From Neophaeotheca triangularis (taxonomy: Eukaryota), in assembly GCA_054600435.1 (NCBI GenBank), contig BAAIJX010000071.1:1-64000 (forward strand): 64,000 bases of DNA. The letters are read 5' to 3'. Within the stretch, counting starts at the first letter, position 1. Every line of letters begins with the position of its first letter. Below are positions 59,612 to 64,000 of this stretch, in pieces. Both the position numbers and the translations under genes were made by a program. Below the pieces are notes generated by a model. The model saw nothing but the letters and a program-made list of their open reading frames with translations. It made no database searches and was not told the DNA's origin.

Positions 59612-62002
59612 ATGGACACATCGGACGACTCCCAGGCCCCGCCGGATGTTCAGGCTCTCTTTGCTCGGCTGGGAAGGAGAGAGTACCGCATAGGGGTTCT
59701 TGAAAACCAAAACCGCAACCTGAAGGCTCAGCTCGAAGCCCTGCGAAAGGACGGGACCGGTAGAGTTCATAATCCGCAGGCAGTGGCAGTGACAGCAGCG
59801 CCACCCAGTCCCACTTCTGCGCAACGGTCTTCGCCGAGCCATAGGTCTGCCTCACAGGATGCGCCGCAAGCCCCAAACGCTCTCGAGGATTTGACTCGAC
59901 GACACAATGATCTTTATCAACGATATCGAGCTCTTGAAGCAGAGCACACAATGTGCAATACGGTTGTAGAAGCGGCACTGTCCAAGTTCAGGAAAGCCAG
60001 GGAGACTATTAGACAGTGGAAGCAGTACATCGACAGCAAGGAACAGGGTCGAGCGCACGAGAGGCGACAGGGATCTTCTTCGACAACGCCACAACAACTC
60101 AAGCCGAACAACGTGCCTGTGTTTACTGATGCCTTGAATGAGACATACCTTCACAATGGTGATGGTGACGAATCTCCTCGACGGGCACGTCCGCTAGCGC
60201 AGCGTTCACCGGTGTTTGGCAGCAAGGAGCCTGAAACGGCCAACCGGCAGTCAATGATCAACCCCGATGCTTATCCAGCTTCGAGACGATTACCAGAGGA
60301 TGCGTTTCGCGAAGGAGAGCTGCAAAAGGCTCCTGATGAGCAACCCTTGCCCATCGATACGGAGCAGTATCCCATTGCACCAGCGCCCTCGCAAAGTACC
60401 GCAAAGCTGCCAAAAACTACTGCAAAGTCGCATAGCGTCCAGCCGGAGCCTTCAGATACTGTTCAACGGCAATCTCAAAGAGTGACGTCAAGCCAGAGCA
60501 CCGAAGTCGATGAGGCGCAGTCTGGCGACTCGACTACTCTCGTGAAACGCGGACCAAGTAGCGACGACGAGCCAAGACTGATACCCGAAAGACCGGTGAA
60601 GCGTGGCAGGAGCACTGCTGCCGAAGTGATGCCTCCTCCCAAGCGCATTAAATCCGAGAATACGTCACAAGAGAATCCCATTGAGCTGCACTCGGGCCAG
60701 TCCAGTAGCCCCGTTGCCCAACGCACCTACATGAGTCGAAAAGAGACATCCGATCTCGATGCGTTGTTTCAAGCAACGGAGCCGCCGCGCATGAGGCGGG
60801 ATATGACCGCCAGAGAAACTCGCGCATCTTCACAGGGACAGGTCGACAAGCCCGCTCGTCGGGGGTTGAGGCGTACACCATCGCTGTCCCAAGGTGATGA
60901 ACCTCTCACAACTGTTCAGGAAGGCGCTGAGAACGTGCTAAACATGAACGCTCTCGATTTTGCACTCGAGGACGGAGCCAACACTAGGCGAGCGCTACAG
61001 CCGAGAAGTGCAAATGTGCCTACACCACCACGCAAGCGCCCCCCAAAGGCACTTGCAAAAGCGACAAACCGCGCAGCAAGCCCGCTCGAGAGAGCAGCAT
61101 TTCTGTCCGACGATGCTGAACAGACTAGTAGTCAAGCAGCAACAGTTGGGCACCCCGGCAAAGGGCAAGCCAGGACTCCAGCTCAGTTTAACGGACGGCT
61201 GGACAGCTTGTTGGATGCTCCTAGCACAGACCATCGAGCCGTGGCACGACGAGTAAGCCCTCGTTCAGCGACTGCACACCCAGTGAAGCGCCGATCCCCA
61301 AGGCCACAGCAACCACAAACAGAGCCAAGGCAATCCAGAAAAGCTCATTCTCCGGCAACCAACCCTCAAACAGCGAGACCCAAGCTATTGAATACAAAAG
61401 CACCGCAAGACGAAACCCCGACGAGACCACCACAAGTCCCCAAAGGAATCCTCAAACCACCACGCGACGCAGAACCCGAAGAAGAACCAATGCGCGTCCG
61501 AGGCCCAGACAAACTGCGCCTCGAAGACTTCAAAATCAACCCAGAGTACATGGGCTCGTCCTTTGCCTTCGCCGACACACTGCGCGGCCGCGACGCCCGC
61601 CGCGGCATGCAAGCAGTCGAGAACTCGGATTTTCGCAAAATGGCCGAATTCGGCGGCAACAACACCGAAGCCTTGACTGGCAAAAGCGACGCCCAAGTCT
61701 TGCAAGACTACCTCGGTCCCGATTGGGAAACTACCATTGGCTCCTATGCGCGTCCCAAGAGGAACGAGATGCTGATTTCCGCCCGAGCTTACGCCCTGGC
61801 GAATCTGCATGGGAAGCAGAAGCAGGCTTTTGCGAGGCGCAGCACGCCGCCGGGGTTTTGGAGGACGGATTTCCCGACTACGCAGGATCGAGTCGAGGAT
61901 CGGAGGAAGGCGCTTGAGGCAGAGAAGGAGAAGATTCATGAGCGGTGGTTGGAGGCGCTGAGGGGAGGGATGTGGATGTTTAGGGATGAGAGCGGGGGAT
62001 AG
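59612..62002 (+). CDS. SAE2: Sae2/Ctp1/CtIP-family DNA end-resection factor
   Basis: N-terminal coiled coil, long S/P/T-rich linker, LRLEDFKINP and C-terminal RSTPPGFWRTDFPTTQ; the 5' end may include an upstream exon. Confidence 0.8.
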   Translation: MDTSDDSQAPPDVQALFARLGRREYRIGVLENQNRNLKAQLEALRKDGTGRVHNPQAVAVTAAPPSPTSAQRSSPSHRSASQDAPQAPNALEDLTRRHNDLYQRYRALEAEHTMCNTVVEAALSKFRKARETIRQWKQYIDSKEQGRAHERRQGSSSTTPQQLKPNNVPVFTDALNETYLHNGDGDESPRRARPLAQRSPVFGSKEPETANRQSMINPDAYPASRRLPEDAFREGELQKAPDEQPLPIDTEQYPIAPAPSQSTAKLPKTTAKSHSVQPEPSDTVQRQSQRVTSSQSTEVDEAQSGDSTTLVKRGPSSDDEPRLIPERPVKRGRSTAAEVMPPPKRIKSENTSQENPIELHSGQSSSPVAQRTYMSRKETSDLDALFQATEPPRMRRDMTARETRASSQGQVDKPARRGLRRTPSLSQGDEPLTTVQEGAENVLNMNALDFALEDGANTRRALQPRSANVPTPPRKRPPKALAKATNRAASPLERAAFLSDDAEQTSSQAATVGHPGKGQARTPAQFNGRLDSLLDAPSTDHRAVARRVSPRSATAHPVKRRSPRPQQPQTEPRQSRKAHSPATNPQTARPKLLNTKAPQDETPTRPPQVPKGILKPPRDAEPEEEPMRVRGPDKLRLEDFKINPEYMGSSFAFADTLRGRDARRGMQAVENSDFRKMAEFGGNNTEALTGKSDAQVLQDYLGPDWETTIGSYARPKRNEMLISARAYALANLHGKQKQAFARRSTPPGFWRTDFPTTQDRVEDRRKALEAEKEKIHERWLEALRGGMWMFRDESGG

Positions 62003-63026
62003 CGTGGTCGGGTGAGCGACGCTGGGTACCATGGCATTGATTACACTTCTGTCAGATACCTACCTTTTGGGGATGTGAGTTGCAGAGCTTCAAGGCGTCT
62101 ACAAGGTATACCACATCTCCAATCCATTCTGGCCAACACTGCCACCGGCCAGAGCTCAGCACTTACTATAAACACTACCGCCGTTCCTGCCAAAACACAA
62201 GCAAGGCAAAGCTGCGACCGTTTCCAGCCTCCCACCACCCACCCACACCCTTCAAACCAAAACTGCAAGACAAAAAAAAAAAGACAAAAAACCAACATCA
62301 ACTAAACCCCCCTCCTCTCAGCGCTCGAACAAAACCCCCACCGTCAACGGCACAGAAGAAGACCCGAGTGAAACTGCCACCTCAGCGCTCATGCTAGCAG
62401 GACCACCCTCTTCATGAGGAGCCGCAGCAGCTTGTCGACTCGGACCCGGACTCGGAGCATACAGATTCGAAACGAGAAACAGTGTGGAAACAGTACCGGG
62501 TTGGGATGACAAGGATTTCCTTGTTAAACTTTTTCCTTTTCGGGTATACTAATAGGAAGGAGCGTTGAGACTCGGATTTGTCTCTCCTTTTCTTTTTCTT
62601 TTTTTCTTTGGGGGGGTGGGTGGGTGGAGGGAGAGACTTGAGGTCGTTGTACTCTCTGTTTGGTCGTCTTTGTTTGGTTGTCTCTGCTTTGGTTGTTGAG
62701 ATTGGGAAGTTTTCTTACGGAGACCAAGGGATGGCAATGTCACCTGTGTTGTGCCATTACCTTATTAATTATAAATAGCTGGGGTATCTTCTCCGCTCGT
62801 TAACACGCAATTTGAAACTGAAAAAGGAAAAAGGTCTCCAGACATCCTGAGGACACATATAGTTCGAAGAAGCAGCGCCGGGGACACCCAAACTCGTAAA
62901 AGTAAGAAAGTGACCAAAACGCCCGCCAGCACACACATCCTCAGCACCGCCCATTTCAACTCAAGCGTAGCTGTCCCCACCCTTACCCCCCTTTTTCCCC
63001 ACCTCACCGCCAACACCCCGGCTGCG

Positions 63027-63393
63027 TCATCCCATCTTCTCCAAACGCCTTCCCCCGGCCCCTTCACCGCCGCGCCGCCTGAACCCCTCAACCTCCTCCC
63101 TCAACCCCCTGTTCTCCCTCTCGAGACTTGCAATAACCTCGACCGCGGCAGCGAGAATCTCGCACTTACTCGGCCTCACTCCCGTGCCTCCGGCCTCGCC
63201 TTGCGTCGTCGTCGTCGTCGTCCTCGTGAGCGCCGGGATGGATTGTCGGAGTTTCTCGAGGTGCGAGTTGAGGTTTTCGCGGTACCGGCGTTCGACTGCC
63301 GTGTGGGGAATGCGGGAGCGTTTGCGGGGGCGGATTGTTGGGATTGGGGGCTTGGGAGGTGTTTTGGTTGGGGGTGAGGGGGCGTCGGCCAGA

Positions 63394-63437
<44 letters not shown>

Positions 63438-63935
63438 CGAGTCGCTGGGGTTGGGGCTGAGTCGGGGGTTGGGATTGAAATGGGTGGGTCGTGGGTTTTG
63501 GGAGCGGGGTTCTGGGGCTGTTGTTGAGCGGGGGAGGGGTGGGCGGTGGTTTGGGAGTCGGGGCACCGTTGGGGCGGAGAGCAGGTGAGGGTGAGGACTG
63601 GGGTTGGAGGGACGGTGGGGTGACGGTGGTGGGCGGAAGTGGGCGCGGTAGGGTTGTGGTTCGGGTTGGTATGTGTCGTAGCTGAAAGTTGTGGAGGGCG
63701 TGCCCATGTCAGCGTTGCTGCAAGTCCAGCGGTGGTTGTCGAAGTAGGCAAGCGGAGTGGAGTTTGAGGCGTATGGTTCTTGTTGCAGTGGTGTGTCGTT
63801 TTGGAACATGCTGAGGTCGAGGTCTTGCATGCCTCTCATGGGCGGCTGGGTGGGAGAGCTGTAGTAGTTGAGGTATTGCGGTTGATGGCCCTGTGGTTGG
63901 TACTGGCTCCAGTCTTGATCCCCTTGCCCCTGCAT
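63027..63935 (-). CDS. bHLH(-zip) transcription factor with SREBP-type Tyr in the basic region
   Basis: RIPHTAVERRYRENLN..LEKLRQSIP...PSKCEILAAAVEVIASLEREN..LREE; Q/P-rich N-terminus; no TM segments; 5' end near the window edge. Confidence 0.85.
63394..63437 (-). repeat. (GACGCA)n coding repeat giving a DADADA tract
   Basis: tctgcg repeats on the + strand within the bHLH ORF. Confidence 0.9.
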
Positions 63936-64000
63936 ATTGTCGACCGTGGTGGGCTCTGGGATGCGACAGTGTGAGGTGTCGTGTGTTGGTTCCCGATCGG

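Overview
Eukaryotic, gene-dense genomic DNA from a filamentous ascomycete (Pezizomycotina; Dothideomycete-like is only an inference from protein style and short 50-110 nt introns with CTRAC-type branch sites). I can support about 22 protein-coding genes, mostly housekeeping: dolichyl-PP phosphatase, RWD-RBR E3 ligase, Sld7-like, enoyl-CoA isomerase, Pet100, TACO1/YebC, Laa1/HEATR5, cytosolic Hsp70, MFS sugar transporter, Ctf4, Chz1-like, glutamate synthase, Emi1, amidase, Sec22, DEUBAD protein, Elp5, SNRNP27, MMTAG2, F-box, Sae2/CtIP and a bHLH TF. Exon/intron structures were read by hand. I recognised no rRNA, tRNA, intact transposon or secondary-metabolite cluster, and found no clearly new multi-gene system. 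The most notable observations are: recurrent orientation-independent CA-rich to GT-rich strand-skew switches; a decayed het-6-like pseudogene not assembled by the ORF track; a Sae2/CtIP homologue lacking CxxC and RHR motifs; an orphan ORF built on a Tyr-Asp/Gly hexamer repeat; a stand-alone DEUBAD mini-protein; a frame-required GC-AG intron in CTF4; stop-free in-frame introns; and a recurring intergenic TACCTAGGTA palindrome. All family assignments come from motif recognition, not database searches.
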